Position numbers and translations under genes: made by a program. Positions 1-13,618 of a stretch of DNA of 64,000 bases are shown one piece after another. The notes under the pieces are model-generated. The model saw only the letters and a list, made by a program, of their open reading frames with translations, did no database searches and was not told the DNA's origin. Each line of letters begins with the position of its first letter. Position 1 is the first letter of the stretch. The stretch is from Octopus vulgaris (Eukaryota), in assembly GCA_951406725.2 (NCBI GenBank), contig OX597817.1, positions 108,686,001 through 108,750,000 of the forward strand. The letters are read 5' to 3'.

Positions 1-724
1 GGAACGTGTGTAGCGTATGATTGTCGCATTGACCATGACAGAAAGTTGAGCAGTGAATTTACATCAGATTGTACCAAAAACCTGGTGATACCTGCTCAGA
101 GGCCTACGCACTATTGCAGAAAGTGTATGGAGAGGAGTGTATGAGCCACACTCAAGTGTATGAGTGGTTTAGACGTTTCCAAGATGACCGAAAAAATGTC
201 GAGAGTGACGAACGTTCTGGGAGACCCGCAACCAGTGGAACTGAAAAAAATACAAGATGTGCGTGCGGCTGTGAATGAAGATCGTCGTCGTCATGAATAT
301 GCTCCACCTGGTCAGACAGTAAACAAGGAGTAGTACCGTAACATTTTACGGCGTTTGTGGGATGCTATCCGTCGGAAAAGGTCATAACTGGATGCGTCCG
401 GTGAGTGGCAACTGCACCATGGCAACGCACATACCCACTCAGTGCAGTTTACTTTGGCTAGGTACGTCATTCCCCAGGTCCGACAGCTACCATATTCCCC
501 AGATCTCGCCTCTTACAACTTTTCCTCTTTCCAAAACCAAATCCCGCTTAACAGGAAGAATGCAACGTAGCAGCTGCTGATTATCTAAGAAAACAAGTTA
601 CAGGAATGTTCCATCAACGGAAATAGTGCTGGATTAAGTGTGTGGCTTTTGAAGGGGATTACGTGCCAAATTGGTACGTATTGTTTTTATAGCAGCAGTC
701 CGGATACTTATTGATCAGACCTAG
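1..724 (+). mobile_element. Mariner (Mos1-like) transposon remnant, internally deleted
   Basis: HTH segment AYALLQKVYGEECMSHTQVYEWFRRF..ERSGRP (ORF 69-278), then decayed HEYAPPGQTVNKE, LHHGNA (HDNA) and YSPDLA motifs; ends TGATCAGACCTAG followed by TA. Confidence 0.9.
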
Positions 725-1289
725 TATATAATGCATTATATTACATATAACAATTACAGTATGGAAGTCAGGTATTAGACATTTACAAAACACACAAAAA
801 ACCTGTTAAATTAAACATTTATTGCTTGGTGTAAAAATTTCGGTCACACTACCAGACATTTTTCCTGTGCAACAGGCTTGAGAGGCAAGGCCGTTTGCCA
901 GTATCTGGCAGGCTTCAGGGATTTAAATATATTTTTCATCAATATAGGTCAGTCATTTTGGTTTTCGTGTCTGGTGCTTATTGCTGGTCAGCTAACTTGA
1001 CATTTGGTTGTAATTCATCTACTCTCTCTTCTTACTTTCTCTCAGTGGAGGCTTTTGTAACATTTTACAGTACAGCAAATCAGGAACTAATGACTTCAAA
1101 GAAGAGAATTAAGAATTGTAATGCAAATCGTACAAAAATACAAAAAAAAAAAAAAAAAAGCATTACAGTGCGATAAAAATCCTTTAATGGAGATCATACA
1201 ATAAAATACTATATTGAATCAGTCCATGGCCACAGAACGGGGACATTAAGGAGTAACGTTGACAAAAGGGTTGAGATTAGTAGTTGTAT

Positions 1290-1345
1290 CCATAACAACA
1301 ATAGCAGCAACGGCAGCAGCAGCAGTAGCAGCAGCAACAACAGTG

Positions 1346-1382
<37 letters not shown>

Positions 1383-1393
1383 TTGTAGTAGTA

Positions 1394-1437
<44 letters not shown>
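1290..1437. repeat. Compound (CAG/GCA)n-(GTA)n microsatellite
   Basis: Direct reading. Confidence 0.95.
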
Positions 1438-1581
1438 TTGCTAAAATTATACACTGGAAGCTATGCCAACACTATGGAATAACAACAGAGAAAAGATGGT
1501 ATAGGTACGCCCCAGGAAAGTCAGAGAAAATGAGAAAGAAATTTAAATTTCTGTAATTTTGAATTTTTATTACTTCGTATT

Positions 1582-1624
1582 TTGAACCTGACAAAGACAG
1601 ACTTACTGTCGGAATATCGTTCAA
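1582..1624 (+). ncRNA. Minimal type I hammerhead-like motif (two core substitutions), probable Penelope pseudo-LTR remnant
   Basis: TTGAAC-CTGACAA-A-GACAG(actta)CTGTC-GGAA-TATC-GTTCAA: perfect 6-bp stem I, 5-bp stem II, palindromic stem III ATAT, ATC triplet; G8A and A13G versus consensus. Confidence 0.75.
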
Positions 1625-2684
1625 CCCATAAAATATCTATTACAATCGAATCACGCTCTTCGTCTTGACTGTTTACATTTGTGAAGAGTTACGTTAATCC
1701 TTTTAAAAATATTATTATCATTATTATTGTTATTATTCAGTAGTTATATTTTTATAGTGTGCTTTCATTTCACTACCGAACGCAGCTTTGTGTGCCTTGG
1801 GTAAGTGCTGTGGTTTGCTGTGATGCTCTTATGGTTACTGTATTGAAAATGTTTTGCGTACGATATGTACAGTGCCCAGTAGTGCAATTTTCTGTATGAT
1901 ATATATATTTAAAAGTTCTGGTGTTTTTGTTATGTATTTGTCTGAATATTTTATGTTACTTAATGCGCCTACAATGATAGGAATTGTTTCTGTTTTTAGA
2001 TTCGAGTTACCTCTATTTCCAGGTCTTTGTATTTTGAAAGTTTCTCCATTTCTTTTAGAGAAACGTTGTAACCTGCTGGTATTGATACATCAATCAGAAA
2101 GCACTTCTTTCTTCATGATCTCAGACAACTATATCTGGCCTATTAGCCTTAATTTCTCTATCTGTGTGTATTGGCATATCCCAGAGTATGGTTGCTTTCT
2201 CGTTTTCTGTGACCTCTTCTGGCGTGTACTTATACCATCTTTTTTCTATTGTTATTCCATAGTGTTGGCATAGCTTCCAGTGTATGTAGGTCCCAACTCT
2301 GTCGTGTCTGTGAATATATTCCTTCTTAGCCAGGACTGGGCAGCCAAGGATAATATGATTTACTGCTTCTACAGACCTATAACCTGTTTCCTACAATTGC
2401 TTCTTGTCCATCTCCACACATTCTGCAGTTACTTGTTATGTTTCTTCTCATTATATGTTTTTGGTAATTTCTGGTGGGAACCTTTGGTCTTGTGCTACAA
2501 TTAAAAATACTTCAGTCCTGAGCTTCTCAACCATTGCTGGGATTTTTCTCTGTCTATTTCTTTTGCATTTAGTTTAGCCCAGTATTTGCCATGAAGGGGC
2601 TTTTCTTGCCATCGTTTTATTATGGACGGTTGCTGTTCTAGATTTAGTTTGGATTTCTTTTGTTTTATAGCTTTTGTTGTTGTT

Positions 2685-2798
2685 TCTTCTTCTTCTTCTT
2701 CTTCTTCTTCTTCTTCTTCTTCTTCTTCTTCTTCTTCTTCTTCTTCTTCTTCTTCTTCTTCTTCTTCTTCTTCTTCTTCTTCTTCTTCTTCTTCTTCC
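2685..2798. repeat. (TTC)n tract inside the LINE ORF (poly-Glu on the minus strand)
   Basis: Direct reading; ORF 2501-3055 stays open through it. Confidence 0.95.
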
Positions 2799-5515
2799 TT
2801 ATATTTGTTAGGAAGTATGATATTTTGCTTGTATTTGTCAGCTTCCTTAAATACTGGAAACAGGTTTTTGTTTTGCTCGTGTTTTGTGGCTATTTGTATT
2901 AGTTTTCCTTGCTTCTGAAGTAGGTATATTTGCAGTCCTATGGTGGTTATTTTATAATAGTTTTCCAGCTGTATAAGACCTCTAGCAACTTCTATGCATT
3001 GTATATATAACCTTTCTATGTCAGTTTTTAGGTGGTGCATCATAGATCCTGTCATTATTTTCCTTGTTTTTCTTTCTATTTTGGTTAGTTCATTTAGTGT
3101 CCAGTTAAGGATATTGCAGCTGTAACTTATAACTGGGACGGTTAAAGTGCTAATACCTATTGTCTTGTTATTCGCATTGAGTTCAATTTTCAGTATTGAT
3201 CTAACTTGTCTATAGTATTATTTCTTTATTTTCTCTTTCATTTGTGTATGTTGTATCGTATCTAGTTCATTGATCCCTAAATATTTGTATGTATGGCTTT
3301 GGACTAATTCTCTTATTTAATTGGCTTTATCTAGTGTGATGTTGCTACTCTTAACTAGTTTTTCTCTTTTCGGGGTTGCTTTGGCACATTTTTCTAATCC
3401 AATATCTATTTCTTTGGTAAATCCATGAACTGCCTGTAGTAGTGTTTCCAGCTATCTATCATTTGCAACGTATAGTTTTAGGTCATCCATACATAAAAGG
3501 TGGCTGATTGTTTTGCCGTAACATTTGTATCCGCATCCAGTTCTATTTAGCATGTCAGATAAAGGTGTCAATACCAAGCAGAAAAGGAGTGGAGAGAGCG
3601 TTCTCCCTGGCATATTACTCTTCTAATGGGGATAGCTTTGGTTTTTCACGAGTGCCTCTTTCGTTTGGAGCTGTAGCACTGTCTGCCATTTATTCATAGA
3701 GTATCTTGTGTATTTTATAATTATTGGTGCTACCTTGTTCATGGCTAGTGTTTCGAGGATCCACGTGAGGGGAATGCTATCAAAATCCTTTTAGTAGTCG
3801 ATCCAGGCCATACTGAGGCCTTCCTTCTTTCTACAGCTGTCTTCAGTTATGACTTTATTGATTTATTAGTTGATCTTTACAGCCGTATGAGCCCTTGCAG
3901 CATCCCTTCTGCTCTTCTGGAAACAGGTTGTTTTCTTCCAGATGCTTGCTCAATCTCTGCGATATTATTGAAGTAAACGCTTTGTAAATTGACAGGTTAT
4001 AGGTCTGTAGTTTTGTGGGTTTTGCCGTTTCAGTGGATTTGGGATTTAGGATAGTTTTCCTTTTCGTGAGCCATTCAGGCATTGTCTCTGGCTCTGCTAG
4101 TATGTCATTAAAGTTTTCAGCCAGCTTTTTGTGTATTCTTGTCAGATATTTTAACCAGAAGTTGGGGATCTTGTTGTGTTCAGGTGCCTTCCATTTGCTT
4201 GGTCTTTGCAATGTCTTGGTGATATCTTCAGTTGTTATAAGGGTCCAAAATTGCTCAGGTGCTAAGTTCGTTGTTTTAATAGTCCTTTTCTGAGGTTGTT
4301 CCCTCGCCGACCATGTTTCTTTCCAAAATTCTTCCAATTCTTCTGCTGTTGGTGCTGCAGTGATGTCTATTTTATTTTTGTCAAGTTCTTGGTAGAATTT
4401 TTTGGGGTTGGATTTGAACTGGTTTTTTTGTTCAAAGAAACGTTGGCGTTTCTTATACCGGCGGATCCCTTGTGCTTTGGCAAGGATATCTTGCTTTAGC
4501 TTTTCTTTTACCTCAGGTAAATCTTTTTCTGTAATGTTGTATTTGCACAGTATTTTCGTTTTCTTCTTTTTACTTAGTAGTGTTGATTGTCTACTAATTT
4601 CGTTAAGAATCGACAGATCTTTTCTCTTTTTTCTATTGTTTAATATTATTTATCCACGGTGTCTGTTTGGGTGGTGGTACTCCAGTTTGGATGGGTTTGA
4701 GGGAGTATCCAGCTTCTTTTGTGGCTGCAGTGGCTGCTGTATATATTATGTCATTTAGTTCAGTGATATTGCCATTTGCTTCTGTGGTTTTCAGTTCCGT
4801 GACGGCCAGGTATACGCTATTTATTATTGATGTTGTTTTATTGTCTAGTTTGATTTTTGGTAGGTATAATCGATGGTCCATTCTGAGATCTGTGGTTTTC
4901 AGTTATTTGATTATTCTCATTTTTATAGTATCATAATCATTAGGTTCCCCTTCACTGTTTTTAGATTTTAGATTTGTTTCGCCTTCCTTCTCATTCATAT
5001 GTTTGTCTGTGGTGTTCTGGATTGGTTCTTTTTGTACATTATTATACACCCTACGGTCTGGGTTTGTTGTTTTTTGTTTACTTCGTTTTTGTTGGAAATA
5101 TTACGTCTATCTTCGGGTTTTACTATCTCAGTGTTTATATTATTTGGCATTGTTGTGGGGCTACTATCTACATTTTCCTAATGTATTTTTCCTTTTAAAT
5201 GTTCTTTTTCTATTTCTAATATTTTTTTTTGCTTTGAGAATACATCTTCGTATGTTAGCTAGTTTATTGAGGTTCATTGCTGTATCCACGTCTTTATTTA
5301 GGTTATTTTTCTTCCATATTTTATATGTATATGTTGTTTTCATTCTTTCGGTTGAGCACTGCTGTAAAATAACCATGTAGGATTGAAATATATTCCTCAC
5401 GTGTCCATTTATGCCTTTTTGGTTTTATTTGCGGGACACGCGGAACAACGTCCGGCCCTTTATTTTATTTTTAAAGATGATCGTTTGTGTGTTCGAAAAC
5501 TGTAGATATGTAAGT

Positions 5516-5526
5516 TTCTTCTTCTT

Positions 5527-5623
<97 letters not shown>

Positions 5624-5709
5624 GTGGTGGTGGTGGTGGTGGTTGTGGTGGTGGTGGTAGTAGTAGTAGTAGTAGTATTAGTAGTAGTAGTAGTAGTAGT
5701 AGTAGTAGC
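5516..5709. repeat. Compound (TTC)n-(TTA)n-(GTG)n-(GTA)n microsatellite
   Basis: Direct reading. Confidence 0.95.
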
Positions 5710-7824
5710 ATCGCTTTACTTCTCAGAACGTTCTGTCTTGCTTGTTCTGGTAGATTCTGTGAGAGCGGACGGCAGCTTGCTATCATATGTCTCACAGAGT
5801 CTCTTTACGCACATTATAAGCTTTGAAACTTGGTTGTTAATTATCGTGGGAGACATTCAACATCTAAGTACCAATCTCAAAATCCTAGCTGTTTCACACT
5901 CAGCGGTTATTTTAGGCTTGTTCTGCTCTCATGTATCGTCTTAGTCCATTTAGTTCTAGCAGCCGCATAATGATTACCGGGTCTGTGCTGCTCACCCACA
6001 GGGTTCCTACTGGGCGAAAGACCGTCATCTGTTTGTGTTAATTCTATTATTCATTACATTCATGCAAAGGAAAGTGTTGATAAGATGTCACAACCACCAG
6101 TATTTTTATCGAGGCTCCATTTCTAGAGGAGTTTGTCTAAAAAGACTCAAAGAGGCCCTTCTCCCTCATTTTTGTTTTGTTTTTTACACCCGTCTCTCGC
6201 TTTCGTCGTCTTTCAGGCGAACGTTCCTCCTCTGCTCCGTTACCTGTCCGCCTCGCTTCGAGGCGGGCGGCCGTCGCAGTGCTGTGCTACGAAGATGGTC
6301 TGGCATGGCGGGAGACGGGGAGTTCAGCGGCGCGCTCGTAGGGCGGAAAGAAGGAAGGACGGGTCGTTTCGAGAAACTGCCGGCCGCTTTTTTCTTTTTC
6401 CCAGTGCCCCCTTCCCTTGCCTTTTTCCAGCGCGCCATTTCCGACTCCCCGCTACGACCAACAGCGGCGACGGATGGCATTATTATTATTATTATTGTTA
6501 TTATCATTATTATTATTGAAGTTTGCAGATTGCCTATTTTGGGAGTGAAAAATCCTGTCAAGACTAATTTTTGTTTTTACTGATACGGAGTCACTAAAAT
6601 ATTTACTTGTGGAACATTTGTGTCACACGGTACATTGTGAGGCATTTATAAATCACTATCAGAGAGGGTGACGGCTGAAAGTATTGACAGAGTACTGAAA
6701 TTGCAAAGTTGACTGAGGAACTTTTCTCTCTAGGGTCAATAGTGTAAGTAACGAAGACTTGTACTAAATTTATAAATCCTTATTATAACTTTTATTAGTG
6801 CTTCATCATCATTTCATAAAATATAATATATGTTAATGTGTAGCATTTGCTTCCTTGCGATTAAGTCAATATCTCTAAATATACATTTCCAGGCCGTTTG
6901 TTGTCAGTGAGTCTAGTGGCTGTTTAACTATCTTATTGGCAGGCATTTTCTTCAATTTTCGTTTTTTGCTGTTGTTGGTTTTATACTGAAAAAATAAATG
7001 TATAAAATAAGAACATAAACTTATACGACAAACATGTCAGATTTTAGTCAGAACATATGTCAGCGGCTGCAGATAAAATAGAATCGAAATCAGATTTAAG
7101 AGTGAATATTTCTTCTTTGCATCTTTTGGGAAATGGAAAAAAAATGTTACGGCTTCAAAATTTAGCTTTCGTATATTTCACTCTATGCATAGTGAGTTAA
7201 ACATCACCATACTGTCGTATTTTGACTGTTTCCGATGCTATAAAGTCTTAAGAGATTGCTAGATCTTTAAAAGAAAGAAAAATAGAAAAAGTTCAGTCTA
7301 CAGAAAAACAAACTAAAGAATCCTTATATCACATTATCTTGAGTTATCGTAATTTTATTTACAATTTCATTTTTTTATATCCTCCTGATAATTTTTCTAG
7401 CATCTTGATATATCTGTTTTCGGTGGTATAACAGAGAGGGGAAGTTTTGCAATTTGTTTCTGAAGTTAGTTGAAGTGGATAATATGGGCTGAAAAATCAA
7501 TATTTTACCGACCGCTTTAAGTCTCACAATAAAGTATTAGGCTATTGTAACACTAATTTTTCATGGTAAATATAATAATTGGGTGACAACATTACCCTCC
7601 ACTACCCTAACATTGACCGTTTTATTAATTATTGTCGGTAGTTTTTCTTTTTTCATTCCTAAAATCACAAAAACAGTAATTCTGCTTGAATAGATTTAAC
7701 ACAATACTAACTGCATGTTATCCAGAAAAAGAAACTACTTTTGTCTTCCATCTTTCATTGAAGTGTTCGCGTACACGCTAGATACACAGATATACAGAGA
7801 TAGTGAAAGAAAAAGCTAGCTAGC

Positions 7825-7868
<44 letters not shown>

Positions 7869-7892
7869 TAGATAGATAGATAGATAGATAGG

Positions 7893-7945
<53 letters not shown>

Positions 7946-8071
7946 GATCGATAGATAGATAGATAGATAGACACATCGAAAGAGAGGGGGGAGAGAGAAA
8001 GAGATAAATAGATATATATAGAGAGAGAATGGGAGAGAAGGAGAAAAAAGAGAAAGTGTCAGAGAGAGATA

Positions 8072-9240
8072 AGATGAGGTTGGGGTGCGTCGTAAGACGC
8101 ATAAGGCAACAAACGTTCCCCCGGTTGGGTCGATCTGCTGCAGTTCTCGCCTGTCCAACTGGAGCTCCTCCTTAAATGTTCGTCAAATTTATTGTAGAAT
8201 ATAACCAGATTGTCATTTCAATACTGATGCTGTTGTTGCCCAAGTTTGGTGCATACACTAGAATACAACCCCTTATATATTAATTCTGTTGTTGACATAT
8301 TCTACAATTCCATCACAACCGATCACATAAATTGTCTACTCCATCCACAACTTGTTGTTTAGTGAAGGTAGAAGATTAATCTTTGCACAGTTTATTAAGA
8401 CTGTGATCTTTTTGCATGTTCCTTCATCTTGGCACTTAGTTCGTGCAACCATGATCTTGCTTGTGCCAGCAGTGCAATGCCATTTACAAAGGTCAATTTA
8501 GAAAAGCGTTTCTATTTACCTTCACTGCAGCCCTGTAATGCTGTCATTGCTTAGCTTCTTTATCTATCGCAATATTTATTGCTAGCAGGAAGAGAGATAC
8601 AAGTATGCAGTCTCAACGGGCGTCAGTGATGGTGTTAATGTTGTCAATACGACCAGTGTTTGTCATGACTTAACAGACTGAACTTTCAGATAGATACCTT
8701 AAAACGTTGAGGTATTCTTGGAGATACCTATGTTTGAGTAATCTTCATTGTGATTTGCTATGGCAACTTTCAAATGTTCTTCCGTATGAGTAAGACCTGC
8801 TAGAATCTTTCCTAATGTTTATCACCATGAAAATTTGCGGCTAGAACGAATGTTGCTTTTTTTTCGTGGAGTTACATCAATGTTCTCTTGCATACTACTC
8901 GATAACACCATCAAAGAAACTGTTTCCACTGCGGAGAGCAATGTAATTCCTTGTCATTTGTTGCAATCTACCAGGTTTTCCATTTTGCAATGATCACACT
9001 TCTCCGATCGGCCAGTCTTGTTATTACTACCAGCACATGTTGAGAATATTTTTCTTCTGCTCTTTTATACATGAAGAATTCAGATTAAATTTTCTTGTGT
9101 GGAACAGCTTTCTTTGCTCAGTGCTTTTTCTTTTCTCTGTGGCTGCATAATTTAGAGGGTATTTTTGAGCCGATGACAAAGAATGCATCTGCATTCGGCT
9201 GATTCAGCGACACTTGGAAATGGTCCAACAATCCGGCATT
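8072..9240 (-). mobile_element. Decayed RTE-like LINE (RT and 3' end)
   Basis: Minus-strand NLVDCNK*QGITLLSAVETV (DCNNWRGITLLS motif), LTFVNGIALLA (FADDIALL), VLINCAKIN; 3' stem-loop TGCGTC-gtaa-GACGCA next to the (GATA)n array. Confidence 0.75.
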
Positions 9241-9790
9241 TTATTATTTTGTTATGTTTTCGTAATAGGATTTTGTTAATTATATCCTGATCACTCGATC
9301 AGCTCAACGGGTGCAAAAGTAAAAAGACAACTTCAGGCGCATTGAATCATTCGTTATTAATATTACTTTCAAACCCACTGGAGTGTACAGTCAACCAATA
9401 GAACAAAAGCACGTTCTATGATGTAATCGCTGTTAATTTATATATAAATTGCAAAGATAAAACGTATACACACACGCGGGAACATACTGTCACTGACACA
9501 CAGAGACAAACACACAAACACGCAACTTAAATATAAATGTGTGTGTGTGTGTGTGTTAGCATTTATACATACATATATACATATGCACTCTCACACACAG
9601 AGCTACACACACGAATACACACTCGAGCGGACACCCATATACATAGACATAGATACATATTTATAAATGTACACATATGTATATTTATATCTATCTATCT
9701 CTCTCTATATATATATACATATATCCTATCACCTATGCTACTAGCTGGCATATACAGGTGCTTACATTTATCAAGTATTCACCCTGTATT

Positions 9791-9851
<61 letters not shown>

Positions 9852-10236
9852 TGTATGTATGTAGTTATATATACACATATATCAACGAATGGCAAGTAGT
9901 TTGCGTCGGAGTTAAGTAGTCTCGGGTTCAACTGTACAACATAGTATCTCAGGTATGACCCATTCTCTGTAATCTCGAGTAGTTCCCGACCATTTGTAAG
10001 TGAAATTAAGTAAACAGAAGTAATATGGATACCTAGATGGCTTATATAAGTTCATCAATGGTCCGACCTTGAGGCACTGTCAGACTGATTCCGACTGCTT
10101 TAAGTGATTAAGATCTTGTGTAAGTAGTCATCTACTAACATTTGATCAAGCAAATGAATACTGAAGTTTGGAAGTTTTGGTCAAGATCTATTATTTTTAT
10201 ATAATATTTATATATTAATGTAACACTTACAATTTA

Positions 10237-10443
10237 AGGCGGCGAGCCAGCAGAATCATTTGTGCGCCAGGCAAAATACTTAGCGGCATTTCGTCCGTTC
10301 TGTGTTCAAAATCTGCCGAAGGAGACTTTGCCTTTCATCCTCTCGGTCTCGATAAACTAAGCAGCAGCTGAGTACTGGTGATCAATTTAATCGAATTACT
10401 TGCTTCCCCGGAATTGCTGGTATTATGCCAAAATTTGAAACCA
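10237..10443 (+). mobile_element. tRNA-derived SINE family A (Meta-domain-like GCCTTTCATCC..GTCGATAAA)
   Basis: Matches copies at 29136, 31101, 43868 and 63425. Confidence 0.85.
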
Positions 10444-10771
10444 ATATAATACTTACAATGCACAAGCGCCTAAGGCATGCGTTTTGGAATACTTGTGCAT
10501 TTGTAAGGTATTGTGTTAACATAAAATAATATACAATGTAATTTCTGCATATGTATATATGTGTTTATGTATGCATGTATGTATGTTTTAAAAAAATCTG
10601 TCTATTTTTCTCATAGACATACCTATGAGATTATGCATCGAATTTGTTGCAGTTTATCTTTTGTATTCGATTGTTTTTACAGAATATGTGGTCTTTGGAG
10701 TAATAATATTTTATGATTGTGACAGCCTTGTCATCCGACACCTTTTTTAGCTGTATAAATCAACATACACT

Positions 10772-10839
<68 letters not shown>

Positions 10840-11103
10840 TAGATAGATAGATAGATAGAGAGACATATATTATCGTATATATGTATACATACACCCACAT
10901 ATATGTGTGTGTGTGTCTGTATAAATGTATGTGTGTGTATATGTATGCAAGTACGTATTTATTTTAATTGTTTGTTACTTCCACAACTTCCACAACAGGA
11001 TATTTGCCACCTTTGTCTTTCCTATGTATCATCGTAACCACTACACATTTGCAAACAATATGTATGTAAACGGTATACAGTTTTTAATATACATATACAT
11101 ACA

Positions 11104-11177
<74 letters not shown>

Positions 11178-11190
11178 CACATATATATAT

Positions 11191-11252
<62 letters not shown>

Positions 11253-11282
11253 CATTCATACATACATGCATACATACATACA

Positions 11283-13115
11283 CAATTGATGCAGAAACCT
11301 TCGCCATAGCAGTAGGCAAACTGCAGAAGGGGAAGGCCCCTGGAAGGGACCTAATAGTTAGATACTGGTACAAGAAGCTGATATTTAATAGAAAACATTT
11401 GATATGTACGTTCAAAATTACTATTGAAGGTCAAACTGATATACCATATTGGCTTGCTGCAGCAAGGACAAATCTTGTTGCCAAATGAAATCACCAAGAT
11501 TGCAGGAAACCACAGGCCAATTGCTTGCCTAAATATTATGTACAAATGTACACAAGTTGCTTCAACCAATTCCTTCAGGACCATTGTGAGTCGAACAACA
11601 TTGCGGCTGATGAACAGGCTGGTGGAAAGAAGAGAGTATGGCGATGTGCCGAACAACTTTTAATAAACGAAGCTGTACTGTCTGAAATAAGAAGACAACG
11701 CATAAACCTAGTGACAGAGTATGGCTTGACTATAAGAAGGCATTCGATTTTATCCCACATTCATGGCTATTGAAGTGCCGACATCTGGCAAATGTACCTA
11801 CTATCTTAATTGCTGCTATAGAGAGACTGACAAAGACATGGACAACTATTCTTGCCCTTACAACTGAGAACAGAATACTTGTTTCTAATAGTATAGGCTT
11901 TACAATTTGAATATTTCAGGGAGATAGTCTTTCTGTACTTCTTTTCATTTTGGCACTGATTCCATTATCGTTCCTACAGCAGAAAAAATATGGTTACATG
12001 TTAGGGTTTTCAACTGACAAAAATATCAATGTAACTCATAATTTCTTTGTAGACGACCCGAAGACTTATGCTAAAAATGTTAACAATGCCAACTGAAATT
12101 AATAACGGTTTCAGCTGATATAGGCATGGAATTTGGTCAAAAGAAAAGTTCATATTTGGTTTAAGAACGAGAAAAGTCAGTCCCCCAAACCCAAAACTTG
12201 TGCATCAACAGTCTCTCTATCTCCCCCATTCCACACAAAGAATGTTATAAGTGCCTAGGCATAGACGAAAATGTATCATTTGAAGGCATTGGCAATAAAG
12301 GTAGAGTGATCCAAGAATATTACATCAGTCTTAGGGTAGTCCCAGTGCTGATCCCAACATTTGGGATACTTGATTGGTCTGTAGAGGAAATCCACTCCAT
12401 AGATATCAAAACCCGCAAAATCCTGACAACTGGAAACTTCCACAGAAACGGTGAAGTTGACAGGCTCTACCTAAGAAGAAATGAAGGTGGTAGAGGCCTG
12501 AGGTGAGTGCAGACGGCCTTCGAATGCTGTATAGTATCACTCAGGCAGCACCTGCTAAACAACCGTAACAAAAATATATATATTAATGCATTACTGAAAA
12601 GTGAAGTGAGCTCCTAAAAAACGCTCTCTTCTTGATGATCTCCTATACAGCCCCAAAACAGCTGGGCTCTCTTACCTCAGAGTAGACCTGGATAGTAACT
12701 TACGGAAGACAGTAGAATTGACACGAAGCGCAGCCTCTCTTGGACACAAGACCACTACATCACATCACACTTTGAAGGCTATGCATTTTCAATCCAGGAA
12801 CATGAGATTGCCACAAAGTACCTGGTGAACAAGAGAAACAGTAACACTTTTGTAATCCCAAGGTGCAACCGCATGTGTAGGGTATGTCATGTTTCTGAGG
12901 AAGACATTACGCATGTGATTAGCAGCTGTCCTAAAATGTCGACACGGTACTACCTCCTTATGAGACAGGCTTACGAGAAAGGGATGGCCTCCGTTTGCAA
13001 ATACCATAAGGGCACAGATAGTGTGCCTAAAGCCAGCTGGAGGCGATGATCTCCTGGGGCTAAAAGCTACAGTAACACCTACCCTTTGTGGTTAGCCATA
13101 TTGAGATGGCTATTA
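11283..13115 (+). mobile_element. Second decayed R4/Dong-like LINE, 5'-truncated, a different family from 1712-6030
   Basis: [97 protein letters not shown]; flanked by microsatellites. Confidence 0.9.
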
Positions 13116-13118
13116 TAC

Positions 13119-13165
<47 letters not shown>

Positions 13166-13545
13166 GCATACAATGTATGTATGTGTATGTGTATATGTAT
13201 CTCTTTCTCTCTCTATGTTTATATATATATACATACATGCATACGCATATATGCATACATAAATACAGACTTACACGCACACACACGCGCACAAACACGC
13301 ACATACACGTACGCACACATACGCTCGCGCGCGCTGTGAATGATGCGGAATATCACGTTAAATATAGATTAATTTCGCTATTGAAAAATATTTGTATTCA
13401 GTAAAATTGTCATCGTTTTTTCTGACACGTCGGTAATAACACATATGTCTTTCTTTCTTTCTATGTGTGTGTGTGAGAGTATTTCTCTCTCTCTCCGTTT
13501 CTCTCACTCTCTTTGTTTCTCTCTATCTACATACCTACCTACCTG

Positions 13546-13618
<73 letters not shown>

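Larger units (their letters stand above)
1712..6030 (-). mobile_element. Near full-length decayed R4/Dong-like non-LTR retrotransposon (RT, CCHC, restriction-like endonuclease)
   Basis: Minus-strand motifs WKAPEHNKIPNFWLKYL, EEQKGCCKGSYGCKDQL, MAWIDY, SHLLCMDDLK, HHLKTDIERLY..RGL, HIILGCPVLAKKEYIHRHDRVG, NRPDIVV..FLIDVSIP; (TAA)n-like 3' tail at 1710-1737; many stops and frameshifts. Confidence 0.9.

Noticed and set aside
815-1130. Possible hAT dimerisation-domain remnant or terminal exon on the minus strand
   Set aside because: Similarity is only vague (ACQILAN..ASQAC) and interrupted by stops.
6035-6583. Three overlapping ORFs over the GC-rich island
   Set aside because: Open only because of high GC and flanking repeats; no recognisable domain.
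7100-7160. FHFPKD (THAP-like) on the minus strand
   Set aside because: The flanking Cys, Trp and C..HF motifs are not found in frame.
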